Positions 25,111 to 38,030 of a DNA stretch of 64,000 nucleotides are shown here, piece by piece (position 1 is the stretch's first letter; the number at the start of each line of letters is the position of its first letter). Under the pieces are notes generated by a model that ran no database searches, was not told the DNA's origin, and was given only the letters and a program-made list of their open reading frames with translations. Source of the DNA: Camelus ferus (Eukaryota); contig NC_045696.1 in NCBI RefSeq assembly GCF_009834535.1, positions 77,130,001 through 77,194,000 of the forward strand. The letters are read 5' to 3'. A program made the translations under genes and the position numbers.

Positions 25111-26279
25111 AGACCTGACCTGCTTACAGTCCACTATCAATACCTTTTCCAGCAACACATGCATGGACCCAGATCATTTTTATTATCACAACAGTTTGCA
25201 TGTTATTTTGAAATTATTTATTTGTGTTATTCTTTATGTCCAAGGACAAGATTGAAGACCAAATATCCCTCATCTTTCTGTTCTCAGTGCCTAATATAGT
25301 GAACAGTACAGATAACCTATTCAATACATATTTCTGAAACTGAATTGGTTATACACATGTATAATGGTCAGTGAATAAAGCCAATGATTTCATTTCTTTT
25401 TATTTTAATTTAATTTATTTTTAAATTAAATTTAATTTTTAAAATTATATTTCTTACCAATGATTTCGTTACGAGTTGATAACACATAAAGAATGGAGCT
25501 AGGGAAACAGCAGGAGGTCACGTTAAAAAAGAGATTCCTCTGTTCATACACATCATACCATTTAGTATCATTGCTGTGTGATTGGGACTCATAGGTATCT
25601 TTTCTTAGGTTTATTCAATGTTTCATGAAAAAGCTATTTTTTAAAGTATTTCTACAATAAATTAATGAAACAAATGATTTCTCTTATGATTGGCCACTTG
25701 AAAGCTGCCAGAAAGATCCACCAAAATATTAGGTATATTTCTCAAAGTTTAGCTACAGCTTTATGGGTGTGCTTCATAACAGAATAAGTTTCTGGCACAT
25801 GACACATCGCCAGTGCCATTCAATTCTGAAGCTACACGGCATCTTTCAAATTTGAGGTCTGTCAGTGGTGACCCTTTAATTATACCTGTTGGGGAGGAAG
25901 CCTGCTCAGTGTTTAATGTTACTCTGAATGATCTTGGTTAGTGCTGCTACTCTTCTGAAGACAAAGGCAACAGGGGGAGGATTGTGGGAGCAACACCCAG
26001 GCTCATGATAATTAGGGACCAATGGGATTTGTTGCAAAATGAGGAGAAATACATAGTTATTTATAGGCATTTGTTTGTGTTATCAAAAAGATACAGTAAA
26101 CCAAAAGCTAACAAAAAAGATTGTATAGAAAGTGCAGAAATGGGCTGTAGGGGGAAAGCGCTTGAAATTAGTCTCTCTCAGTGTCTAATTTCTGATGTTT
26201 AGAATTTGATTTTGGACCACGTTTGTTTGATTTTTGAAGCATGTAAATGTAGGTGTTGTAAAACATTTGTATTAAAGAA

Positions 26280-27910
26280 AGAGTAGTCCTTAAAATCTAA
26301 AATAGACGGAAACAAAGATGGTGGCACAACCACACAGAGAAAAATGTTGCAAGTGATTTTGTAGCACAATATATTGATTATGTATCCTTACTGGATTATA
26401 TTATAAAGATTAAAATGATCACACAAATTTTAGACTGCTTTCAGCAAACTTAAGGTTTGTAGCAATATTAGTATGGTCATTTTGAAATTATTTTTATGGA
26501 TTGTATGACTATCATTATATCATAGGATAAAGCAAATAAGTAATTAAGTTTATATGATTAGGAGTTAAGATTGTCAGCATAAGAAAAAGGAGGTTCAAAG
26601 ATAAATTTAAACACTTAACTAGAAACCCTGTATTTTTAAATTTGAACAGGAAATATATATATGTACCTGTGATGTGCACTCCTAGAATCTACATTATACC
26701 TCTGAAATACAATTTTACCTCACAGAAGTGACTCATTTCAGGTCTGGGTTAGAAAATGTTCAAGACCAGCTTGGGGACATGATGGGGACATGACAGAGAG
26801 CAAGGTTTCCTATCAAAGACAAGCAGAGTTACACATGGACTTAAGCGCCGTCTCAATGGAGCACACACTGGCCAACAGTAGGAGAACTTCAGCCTTAGAG
26901 CAGTAATACTCAAAATGCATGAAAACACATCAATTATATAAAAATCCATGAATATATAATAGTGCAAAAAGAGAACTCACTGTGACCATTGAAGATTTCT
27001 AGGGCACCAGTTCACTATTTGGAAAACGAATACCTGCTTGAATGGTACTTTAGAATGAATTAAATGTTAATAAACAGTTCTTGATGAGAGAATTCCAATG
27101 GTTAAGGGCAGACATTCTCCATAAAATCAACATCATCGATTGGTTCTAGGCAGTGAACATGAGTGGCTGCTAAAACCGTTGAATGACAGATTGATGAGAA
27201 ACTTGTTAGAGGAAGATTAGGCTAACATCAGCTGAACCCACTGATCAATCTTAGCATCACCAAAGGATCAGTCGGTCTGTATGTACCTTCTGAAGTGACA
27301 CACTCAGAAGGACACAGAACAACCACCCATGTAATAATCTGCAGAAAAGATTTCCATTTAATGAAACCTTTAGAATCTGTCAACTGGTTTACATGAAATA
27401 GAGGACATGAAGTTTCATGTTAAATGACACAACATGGATGCAATCATTCAAATCCAGAAAATAGGAATTTCTTTGGGACAAATGCTTCATTTTCCTCAAC
27501 AAATAAACAGCAGTAAAATAAAAACTGGTTGGTAGGTGAAAATGTTCTCTGTTTAAAGAGACTCAATGGTCATATCAACCAAATGAAATGTGAGGAATTT
27601 ATTTAAATTGCAACTCCAATTAACCAACTCTAAAAGGATGTTTTTGATGTAATGAGGGAACTAAGTCCGAGTATTAGCTATTGCTAAGAAATTAATATAA
27701 ATTTCATTTGGTGTAAGGCATTATTTATGAGTAATAATACTGAATCATACAGAGATGAAAAATACAGTAACAAATTAACTTTAAAATAAAAGTGGTGGAT
27801 AGATGAAAAGTGTTGATAATTGTTGAAACTGGGAGGTTGGTACATGAGGGTTATTTATTCTGCTGTTCTCTTTAGTCCTAGCAGGTTTAGAAATATTTAT
27901 AATAAGTTAA
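26280..27910 (+). mobile_element. old L1 (L1MC/L1ME-type) long 3' UTR
   Basis: gtgactcatttcaggtctggg...cacactggccaa...atatcaaccaaatgaaatgtg...ttgttgaaactggg...gtacatgaggg. Confidence 0.75.
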
Positions 27911-28155
27911 AAGAATGGGTTTAGGCTTTAATAACCAATTTTTGCTCAAAGGGAACTGGTGTATACTCTTTGGGTTAGAATGACATCTTACAGTCTTAAA
28001 AATTTCTCGTCTGTCTTTTAATACTCTGACACCTGGCCATAGTCATTGGCCATTTAAAAAAATCCAGAAAGTCAGAATAATAGCCAGCATCACTATGTCC
28101 TAAGCACTTTATATTTAGTGGTTTATTTTAACATTCAAACAATGCTGGGAGCCGG

Positions 28156-28636
28156 TGTGGCAGAGATGGCTAGTCGGCAAGAATATTCATGCTCCCATTC
28201 CACAGTGTAGATTTGTGTGGGGAAATTGCTACCTGTTCAGGACTACATTTCTAGTCCCTTTTGCATCAAAGTGTGGCCATGGGACTGGTTCTTACCATGG
28301 AAACGTCAACAAGAGTGAGGAGCATCACTGCTAATGTAGGAGGGTAAGTATTGTTGTGCAGTGCTTCGTGTTTTCACTTCCTTCCACCTGCCTCCTCCTC
28401 AGTTGCTGTTGAGATGACATTAGGACACCCCTGAAGCCCCAGGAATGGTGGAATCACAAGACGAAATCAGCTTGTGTCTCTGAGTCACTGGAAGAAGGAA
28501 GTTGCCTTAAAGATCTCCCCAGTCAGGAAGGGTTACATTGAAATTTGTGTTAGCCAGAAATCTACTTATTGTGTCAAGTCACTGAGATTTGGGGATTGAT
28601 GTTTGTTATAGAAAATTACCTATCCTAATTAATAGA
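28156..28636 (+). mobile_element. MLT1 (H/I-like) solo LTR inserted into a minus-strand MIR (~28075-28155 and ~28637-28780)
   Basis: ggactacatttctagtccc...gtgtggccatgggactggttc...aagtcactgagatttgggg...tttgttatag; MIR halves on both sides. Confidence 0.8.
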
Positions 28637-29156
28637 GGTGTGTATTATCATCCCTATTTTTAAATAAGGAAACCAAACCGTAGAATGCTGAATAACCTGC
28701 CTACAGAACAAAATGACAGAGCCAGGACCTGGACCTTGGTCCACTAGTCCTTAAACGTATGCTCTTAACATTCCATGGTCCTGGGGCTTTCTGGTGGATG
28801 CCCTGTGATCTCCACTCCAGCAGCCTTATTACTCCTTATGTTGTATCTCAAGTCCTGGCTTCAAAGTCTGGATCACTTTTCAAAATTTTTCTTAGTCTTC
28901 AAACCAAGGCTTCTCCAAATCATATCCTCTTATTGCCCTTCTCTTTTCTTCTCTTTTTTCTTTCTTTCTTCACTGTGAGCTAATTTGTTTCTTAGAAATA
29001 AGGTAGCCATGAGGATTCCCGCTTTAAGAACTTGAACTGCTGGTTATTTACTAAGCAAAGGCTTTGTTACTGGAAAAGCTTCCTCAGGGCAAATACAATG
29101 TCATGAGCTAATTATTTTATAAATACCTACATGGACTAGTTGTTCTTAACATTTTG

Positions 29157-29352
29157 AGTAGTTCTCAAAGGGTGGTCCCAGGACCAGCAACATATGTGTC
29201 ATCAGTCTCTGGGAACTTGTTAGAAATGGAGATTTTCAGAGCACAGCCCAGACCTACTGAAGCAGAAACTCTGGGATGGGTCCCGGCAAGCTGTCCTTTA
29301 ACAAGCTATCCAGGGGATTATGACACATGCTACAATGAGAAAACCATCGACT
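29157..29352 (+). mobile_element. MER5A DNA transposon fossil
   Basis: gtagttctcaaagggtggtcccaggaccagca...ctgggaacttgttagaaatg...cccagacctactgaagcagaaactctggg. Confidence 0.92.
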
Positions 29353-31461
29353 CAGCCATCCACTTTAATAAAACTCTGCTTGGAATTAAAACAAACCATG
29401 AAACAAAACAAAACAAAATGCTTTGTGCCTTCAACATTAAATTTTATCTTTCAAGGGACTCTTAGAAATTCCCTAAATGTCTCTATAAGCACATGGGCCT
29501 TATAGTTTGCCTGCCCTAACTCTTAGAACCATTTCCCCTTTCTTCTGCATTCTCTCTTCACTTCATTTTTGCAGCTTTCCCCCCCATCTCCTTTCTCCTT
29601 CTCTTGTTTTTTGTTTCTTGTTTGTTTGTTTGTTTTTGTCATTGTGGCTGCATCTCCCTGAATTCCCTTTGGTTTTGCTCTATCTGCACTAAATTCAGAC
29701 TCCATTTTGCTGCATTTTACTCTCTGCCTTTCCACCTTTATTTTCATTTGCTGTTCCATGAAGGCTGCACATTGCAAGGTTGCCTGTTTCCTAAGAACAA
29801 GACTCAAATTATCGACATCACTAAGTGGTCCCACCTTGACCTGCTGGCCATGTACGTCACGGACGTCCTTGGTTACATCTCCATAATGCCTACTCTACTT
29901 TTTTTTTTTTAAATGGGAACCATCAATGCAGAGAGTTTACGTAATTCTAATTCCTGCTTGTGGCACACTGTTATCATCTGTCTGTGCAAAGTCTCTCTCA
30001 TTTAATTACTTATTTATTTGACTTTATTCCTGTTACTCTCATTTTTCTCTTTTTCAGAAGCAACCACTTCTACTAGGTTTGATAGATATATTTGTGAAAT
30101 AGGTCATTTTAATGTATTTTTGTTTTAAATTTAAATAAATGGTATTAATAAGATCCTGTTTCTTATTTCCACAGCACACTGTTTTTAAGAGTGCTCCATG
30201 ATACTGAGCATAGGTCTCTTTTGTGGTTTCTGGATAGTGGATAGTACTTGATGGTGTACAACCAGCATACTTCACCTATTTTTTCCCTTCTTTCACTCTC
30301 AAAAACAAGGCTACTTAACTTACTATGAAAATGTCCTTTGTTTGCATAGAAAATAATGGGTCTTGGCAGAATAGAACAGGAAGCCTATTACGCTAGTGGG
30401 CAGAACAAGGCCTGGCTCAGTGGTGCTTCTTGGTTTTCACCATGAATATGTGACTGCTCCAACTTGGATTTATCAGCTTGTTATTTTTAGGTCTCTCTCC
30501 CTTAAGTATGTGGTGCCTCAGAATATTTCTTTCTCTTTATCCTCAAATGAAGAGTGCAGAGGACCATTCTTCCAAGGACTTATTTTTAACAGAGTTCTCC
30601 ATCTGTTTTTTCCTTCCCAGTGGCAAATGGACACATTCTCGTCTGTTCAGTTAAATTCTGGCTTTCATAAAAAGTGTAATTCCAACAGTTTTTTCCAACA
30701 TCAGTAAATTCCTGGGCAGTTGGAGTTACACATGTTTCATGAGTAAGAATTGAGAAATGTAATTTAATCCCCCCCAAAAGTAATTAAAAATAGGAAATTA
30801 AAAACTGTGCATCAAAGGAGATTTTAATAATTTTCCTTTTTAAAAACACTTTGACTCAGCATACAAGAGAATCAAGAGAATATTGCTAATGATAATAAAA
30901 ATTAAAAAAAAACTTTACTACTTGTCTTAAAAAAATGTACAGATTTATCTTACATATATTATTTGATTTAATGATTGTGTGGCCATGATCTGTTTCCTGG
31001 AACACTGCCTGATACAGAGCAGGTAATCACAATTATAATTTTCTGGTAGATATTTTTGGCTTATTTTGGAAGTGGAGAACTAAACAAAGAAATAATCAGT
31101 GACTTTTACAAAATTGCAGCAATAAATTGTAGAATTAGACATCTATCCTGCCTTTTCTGACACAAAAGCCAGGAAATAAATTTAATTTTAATTGTATGTA
31201 CATTCCAGATGACAGTTTCTTTGTGACTATTACTCTGCCACCCAAACTCATTTCAGATATTGGATGTTAAAACATTGGAGGAGAAACACAATTTTGGGGT
31301 AGTGTGATCAAATGGTGTTCATCGTCATTCAGCAGTAAGTCTAGGATGACAGAGGAGCTCTTTTCTCATTTTTGGTTACATTCATTAATTACTGCTTATT
31401 TCTTTCTGTTTTTACTTACCTTACTACGTTGACAAATTTAACCATTTGATAGAAATGTGCC

Positions 31462-32017
31462 TGTTGATTGCCAACTCCTCAAGAGATCGCCAAAAAAAAT
31501 CTACTGGTTAAGCAAAGCTACGTTTATTACTTCTTCTGAAGTAAGAACCAACACCTCTCTAATAGAGTCACAGTAGTGTCTCAAAAGGAATGTAAGGAAA
31601 AGATATTTCTAAAAGTTATGGAGTCTGACTCGAGTGGTTTAGGATCTTCCCAGGCAGGACACTGATTAGGACTGAGCAAGTTTTGTGCTATGATAACTTC
31701 AGGTTGATGGCAGTGAGACAAGAGTGCTGGGGCGAGTCTTGGTACTAGAGCTGCTACTTGATATGCATGTTGTTTGCCGGGTGAGCAATAGATTGTCTTG
31801 AAGGGAGAGTTGTTTTCCCAGATGAGTGAACTATTTTCCCAGACAAATCAGTTGCAGGAATTTTCTGAAACAAAGAGTTATATTATTTATCAGTTGACTG
31901 GCTTGTATTTCTGGGAAAGAATTTCCTAAAACATGTAGTGAAGTCATGTTGACACAGGTGGCCTCAGTTCTCTGTCTAGAGGTTAATTTAAGTGGTTGTA
32001 GGTAGTCTCAATTCTCA
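31462..32017 (-). mobile_element. ERV1-class solo LTR (MER31/MER67-like)
   Basis: TG...CA ends; gtttattacttc...agtaag...agagtcacagtagtgtctca block (antisense poly(A) signal region); homologous to the element at 37574-38030 in the opposite orientation. Confidence 0.65.
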
Positions 32018-32661
32018 ACTCTTGCTTCCTGTTCCCCAGAATTTGTTCTTCAATCTGAGTTGAGGAAGTGATCAATCAGATCTACAACCATTGTTTAAAA
32101 GATGGCAATCAGGTATCAAGTTTCCAGTGGTGGGGATTTCAACCTCCATAAGCAGCACATTTTCCTGCTCTTTTTGTTGGATGATTATTTTCAGAATCAC
32201 TTAATGGGACTGCAGTGGCACAATGGCATTTTAACCTCTAGAGATCTCACCTTTGAGAGCAATAGACAGGCAAATATGACCAGGATATTTATGGCCAGAA
32301 TTTGTAGTCTACTTCTGATCCAGAAACCAAGAGTGGTCACTTAATTGAAGAGAACAAAACATATCCCCGATCTGAAGAGCTGACAGAGAGCTGTGCAGGA
32401 ATAAACCAAGTGACCTAATCCTTTAGTTCATCCCTTCTTTGCTTTCTTGTTTGTTTTTCATACCAAGAGGTCTCTAGCAATGTAAGTACAATATTCTTCC
32501 CCTAAGATGCACATGTTTTCAGTTAAAAAAAGAAAACCAGAATTGTATCTGAAGTGGCCTATTTTGATTCACTTTCTGTACAATTTTATGCAAATTGCAA
32601 GGGAGGAATTCTATGGATATGTTGACATTTTCTTTTGCTGTGACACTTTGTGCTGTAACAT

Positions 32662-32735
32662 AGAAGCTGGCTGCATAATTTGTAAGACTTAGGAAATAAA
32701 AATGTGAAGCACCTTGTTCAAAAATCTAGAAAGAT
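32662..32735 (-). mobile_element. MER45-type (hAT-Tip100) terminal fragment
   Basis: gctggctgcataatttgtaagac...aaaatgtgaagcaccttgttcaaaaat. Confidence 0.65.
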
Positions 32736-33989
32736 GTGTAATTAAGCATATCAAATATAATGCTTTAAAAATGTTGTTGTTTGTAAAACATACTAGGGGT
32801 AGTAGTAATACGTGTGTAACAGCTCATAAGAATGTTCAACACGTGCTTGTGCCATACCGCGATTTACCCTGTATAAAATGCATTTAACTTTGGGAGGCAA
32901 TTGAGCTTTTGGGATTTATGGCTGTCCAGGGTAGAAAGAAATTGGGTTGTTAAGAGAGGAAGGAGCAGAGGGTACTGGAGAAGCACGGAGAGGGCAGAAG
33001 ACAAGTGGGATAGAGGCTGTTCCATTCAAGTTGTGTTTTGGGAGATCTAAAGTAGATACATTTGAATTCTTCTCATTTTCCATGTGTCTTGGCAAAGAAC
33101 TCTTTTTAGGAAACAGTTTTTGAATCTGAATTTGTTTGGGGTGTTTCTTCATCCAAAGAAAATTTCATCCAATGGGTGCTTTCAGTCTTACTCCCTTCTT
33201 CTTTTAAGATGCTTCTGTTGTGAACAAGTTTGCTGATATTAAAAATTATCCCAAATATCCACTGTATTGTCTTAACTACCTTTGGTGCAATTAGGCAACT
33301 TAGAAAGATAAGCATTGGGGTTAGTGCCAAACCAATGTAAGAAATAGAAATCTGGCCCAGAGAGTGTATTAAGTTACATTGAGGTGAACTTGATGAGTAT
33401 CTGCTCTTCGCTGGTTGGATAAGCTCCCGTTGCACTTTGTGTCTTAGCCTCCAAATTAATAGTTGGCTCTCTCCAATCGGAGACTAATGAATGGGCATTT
33501 CTTTGTAGATGGACTGTTCCAAGAAGAGAGCTCTTTCAGAACCATGCTCTCATGAACAAAACAGGACAAGGTGGAGGAAGGTTTTTGTAAGATATTGGTA
33601 GGCGACCCAAGGCAATGTTTGTCCTATAAGGACATTAGTGCGATGAGCCCTTCTGACCTTGTGAACCTTTGGGGTCTGACTGAGAGATGGACTTACCTAT
33701 TCTCCTCCCTATGAACTTCCCCACCTAGGTTTACTATAAAAGATGATGAGGACAGATAAAGACAGTCAATAGTGTTGTCAAAAGCTAAGCAGATTTCTAC
33801 CAAGAAAACATATTTTAAAACTTGAGTAGATAACTAAAGGATTTCTATACAGGGTTCCTCATTTCTAAGAGATAAACTCAGAATTTGAGGATGCAAAGAA
33901 AACAAACAAGAGCTCAGATTTGACACCAGGCTTACATTTCCTTCACAGGTGGAAGGGGAGCTTGCTGTTTCCAAATCAAAGGCCTGGAG

Positions 33990-34330
33990 CTGCAGTGAGC
34001 AGCGGTGGTGACTCTCAGCTGGATCACAGGGGCACGTCTAAGATGGTTACTGCTGACTCCTTAAGTGAGTACGTTTAAGTGTTACGTTTACATGCTAAAT
34101 TTCTTAGATGTACTGCAGTGAGCAAGAATACTACCTCAGCAGTCTTAGTTTCTCAGAGGGGAGACATCAAGGAAGAATATGTGTACACCTTTAGGGTCTA
34201 TGCTCAAGGAGTTTGAGATGGGCTTTCCAAGGAAGAGAATTGATGGAGGGTGGACGGAGTTTGTGACATAATAAATAATTTAGGATTGGTACACAGAGTA
34301 AGATGAGGGTCCTGAGTCATCTTGTTAAAG
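33990..34330 (-). mobile_element. partial ERV1-class LTR, same group as the element at 31462-32017
   Basis: tactgcagtgagcaagaatactacctcagcagtcttagtttctcagagggg...taggattgg. Confidence 0.55.
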
Positions 34331-34399
34331 AAACTTCTGTGTATTTTTCCCACAAATTTGTCGAAACAGGCATTTGAGTATAGAACCGAGTTCTACACT

Positions 34400-34850
34400 T
34401 GTCGACAAAAAATTGATCAGTCAATCTAAGAGAGAAATGGGAAATTTAATTCCAGCCAAATTGAGGATTATAACCTGGGAAAAGCCCTTCAGAAAGCTCT
34501 CAGAACTATTCCATCTGTTAGAAGTCAAGGCAGAGTTATATGAGTTTTGAGACAGAGGGCTGCATTTTAAAGATGTATTATTGACAGTTTACATAATCCT
34601 AGCCTAAGCATCATCTTGACCCCTTACAAGATCAAGAAGGAATGCTATCTTTCAAGGAATTATCTTGTTGATGCCAGGAGAATGCTGTTTTTTATGGTTG
34701 AGCAGGTATTTCTGCCGATGGAAGTTTCGGTCGAAGCGTAACGCAGATACACAACGTACAGTGGAGGGAGAAAGGAGACCAAAGGGCAGAGAAGAATTTT
34801 TTTCTGTTTGAATTTTTCTTGTCTTACCATAAAATATGAATTCTATTACA
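34400..34850 (-). mobile_element. younger, probably lineage-restricted ERV1 solo LTR
   Basis: TG...CA termini, 451 bp, perfect 4-bp TSD CACT (34396-34399 and 34851-34854), several CpGs retained. Confidence 0.85.
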
Positions 34851-35009
34851 CACTAAATATCTGTGAAATTGAGCAGGTATTTTAGGAGAAGCAGAGCACA
34901 TTAACAAATGATAGATTATTTAGTGAATGAAAAGTCCACATAATTAACACGTATCATAATTACATGTCCTCTTTGGTTTCTTTGTATCAGCCCAGAGGTA
35001 TTTTAAATA

Positions 35010-35102
35010 TAGATATAGATATAGATATAGATATAGATAAAATTGAAGTATAGTCAGTTTACAATGTTGTGTCAATTTCTAATGTATAGCATAATAGTTC
35101 AG
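35010..35102 (-). mobile_element. very short camelid L1 3' end whose tail is a (GATATA)n repeat
   Basis: aattgaagtatagtcagttttacaatgttgtgtcaatttct...; TSD-like tttaaatata on both sides. Confidence 0.8.
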
Positions 35103-35772
35103 TTTAAATATATTTTAAACATTAATTCTGTAAATGTTAACTTTGTGATTGATCGGATAAAATGGAATGAAAACAGAAAACAGGACAAAGAAATTGCTGA
35201 ATAAATGAGTTGTAAAGTTTAAAAACATTGATTTGGATTTGAGTTAGAACAAAGAGAAAGAAGTCAGACTGTAACTTATTTTTTCCCAGGCGCAGAGCCC
35301 CAGGGAAAAGTAACCAATAGCCCTTTTCTCGGTGTGGTCTAACTTGCTCCTTGTGGAGTCTCCAGGGCTCCTAAGGTCTGACTCCATAAGCTTTATGTGT
35401 GTGTGTGAGCCAAGTTCTCCTGGTTATTATGCTGTGTCATCCTCAGCTCTTAGAGATCCTATTGGTGACGCATGCTCATGAGGTTTCCTGTTGTCTCTAC
35501 TGTCGATGCCCAACGTGAGTGCTGGCACCGGTGGTGTGTGCCAGGTCCTCTCCCAAAGCCGTCAGCACTGTATCTTCTTCTTGTCAGCGCCACTTACAAG
35601 TTGCAGTACTGATGTGCAAAGATCTTTCATCACCCTGCCTGTATGTTCCTCTTAGCCTCGTGGTTACTTAGGTATTTAGGACTTAAAAACAGTTATTTTA
35701 GCTTTTATTCTCCCTAGATTTCAAATGTGTCTATGGTGATCTTGGCTGGAACAAATCTAAATGTGATCATAG

Positions 35773-35786
35773 TTTTCTCTCTCTCT

Positions 35787-35839
<53 letters not shown>

Positions 35840-35943
35840 TTCCTTCCTTCCTTCCTTCCTTCCTTCCTTCCTTCCTTCCTTCCTTCCTTTCTTCCTTTCT
35901 TTCTTCCTTTCTTCCTTTCTTTCTTTCTTCCTTTCTTTCTTCT

Positions 35944-35978
<35 letters not shown>

Positions 35979-35985
35979 CTTTCTT
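35773..35985. repeat. compound polypyrimidine microsatellite (CT)n(CTTT)n(CCTT)n, 213 nt
   Basis: Read directly from the sequence; no purine on the + strand across the tract. Confidence 0.97.
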
Positions 35986-36311
35986 AACTACAGTCTTGTT
36001 GTTGGGCCATACACGATGCTTCACTTTTATTTTCAGGATGTGGTGTTCTCCAGAATTATCTTCAGCCCCTCAAGCAGGTAGACGCCAGGCACGGCATCCT
36101 GCCTGTGCTTAGCCATGCTGTGATATATCTGAATCCTAAGGGTGAGCCAATAGCTTAAGCAGGGGCTTAATCATTTCCAATTAAGAGTGGAAGATGCTTC
36201 CCTTGGAGGGATGCCTGGGTAGAGGTTCATTCATGAGATTTTGAGGGATAGGACCCAGGGGAAAAGGGTGTGAAATCTGATGCTATCAGAGGTTGCTGGA
36301 AAGAATAATTC

Positions 36312-36990
36312 TGTTGGGGTATAAAGCTAGCAAGTAGAGACATACAGGAAAAATGGATGTGGGGCGAGAGGATGGCTGTTGAGCCCCTGGGATGCGACCC
36401 GCCAAGTGTGGGTCCTTCGCTTCATGCAGGGAAGAATTCAAGAGCGAGCCACAGTTGAGTAAAAGTAGATTTATTTAGAGAAATACATACTACGTAGAAT
36501 GTAGACTGTTTTAAAAGGCAAGAGAAAGACCATGAGGTGTGGGGGTTGGGTGCTCAGGTTAAAGTAAAAGTAGGTACACACTGCATAGACAGAATGGGGG
36601 CCGTCTCCGAAGATGAGGGTGTGGAGAGAGGGGACCATGAGGCATGATGTTGCCAGTTTTCCTGGGCTCGGTAGCTTTATATGTTAATATAAAGGAAGGA
36701 CCAGTCTAACTAGTCTGGGGAAGGGGCTGGGATTCCCAGGAAGTTGGCCATTTCCCACTCTTTGACCTTTGGTGGCTGGCCTTGGGACTGCCATGGCGCC
36801 TGTGGGCGTGTTACTCACCACGCTAATACATTACAGTGGGGTATGATGAGGCTCAAGCTCTACTAGAAGTCAAGTCTCCCACCATCTTGAGCCTCAAGGC
36901 CTCCTGGGGGTTGAATCTTTTGCCATTCTGGTGTTAATTGCTGTGTTATTCTTTGAATGGCTATCTCCTGCCCCCTTCCCTCCTGTCTCA
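36312..36990 (-). mobile_element. ERV1-class solo LTR, probably lineage-restricted
   Basis: TG...CA; gaagaattcaagagcgagccacag...agatttatttagag (antisense poly(A) region); ends cccttccctcctgtctca; near-TSD attc/gttc; left boundary uncertain. Confidence 0.8.
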
Positions 36991-37573
36991 GTTCTTTCTT
37001 CAGAGACATGGGTGTTTGGAAGAGAAAGAAACACCTGAGGCAGAGTGAGAGCATGGGAAATGAACTTTCAGATTCGAGAGAGCTTTTAGATGCCTCCTAA
37101 AATATGGCATCTAAAAGAATCTGGGCAGTCACACGACTTTAGACAGAAGTCAGTGTTTCCTCCTACTTCTTTCCTCACATTTGAGATAAAGGAGTATGAG
37201 TTAGGGACTGTCCAAGTTTCCATTCGGTTGCGAATTTCAATTCTCAACAAAGAAACCACGTTACTCTGCTAAACTCGGTGGAGTCAGATTCTAACCGTAA
37301 GATATATCTGACCTTCATATAATTTGTAATACAGAAATTCCTTACTTCAATCAAGTAGTTTTCTTTCTTAGTACTCTACTTGGTTGACTAGGTATGGAAT
37401 AAGATGCCTGAAGGCGCAGCAAGAAGAACGCCAGATGAGGAGTGGGGCTGCTTTCTAGGGGTGTCTGAGGCGTTTAATCAAGGTGGTGGAAAAGTTAGAG
37501 ACACCTTTGGTTACCGTAGTCTGATTCCTACTACAGGAATTTTATAGAAATGAAGCAGACACATTTCAGGGAG

Positions 37574-38030
37574 TGAAAACTGCAGCCAATATAATTTTGT
37601 GTCTTTGTGCTAAAAAATTCTGGGACCAAACATATTTTCCATCATCTGTGCAAAATAATACTGGGGCTAGGGAAAAATAACTTAGACACTTGCTCCAGGG
37701 AGTACTTTCTCCTGGACGATAAGATTGTGAACCAATGTAAAAAGCAGTTTGATCATTGAGCCTTGTTTCAAGACCTTAGCTTTGCTGTACCCTATAATCC
37801 AATGCCCTTGTATTATAAACTTCCCCCAATCTCAACTATTCTCTGCCTCGCAAGATTTGCCTTAAGATCTCCTGGTCCAAGCCCAGTGGACATCCCCTCT
37901 AATTTCCTCATTTGAGACACCACCGACATTGTCAAAGTGACGGTCTCTCTTTTCTGCAGTAAGTCTCACAAACTTGGCTTCGTGTGATGAATAGACGTTG
38001 CTGGTGCTATCTGGGGACTTCACTGTTCAC
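37574..38030 (+). mobile_element. ERV1-class solo LTR (MER31/MER67-like)
   Basis: tgagacaccaccgacattgtcaaagtg...ttctgcagtaagtctcacaaactt is the reverse-complement homolog of the block at ~31520-31585. Confidence 0.65.

Noticed and set aside
35727..36024. ORFs of 86 and 85 aa (F/L/S-rich and K/E/R-rich)
   Set aside because: They are translations of the CTTT/CCTT microsatellite
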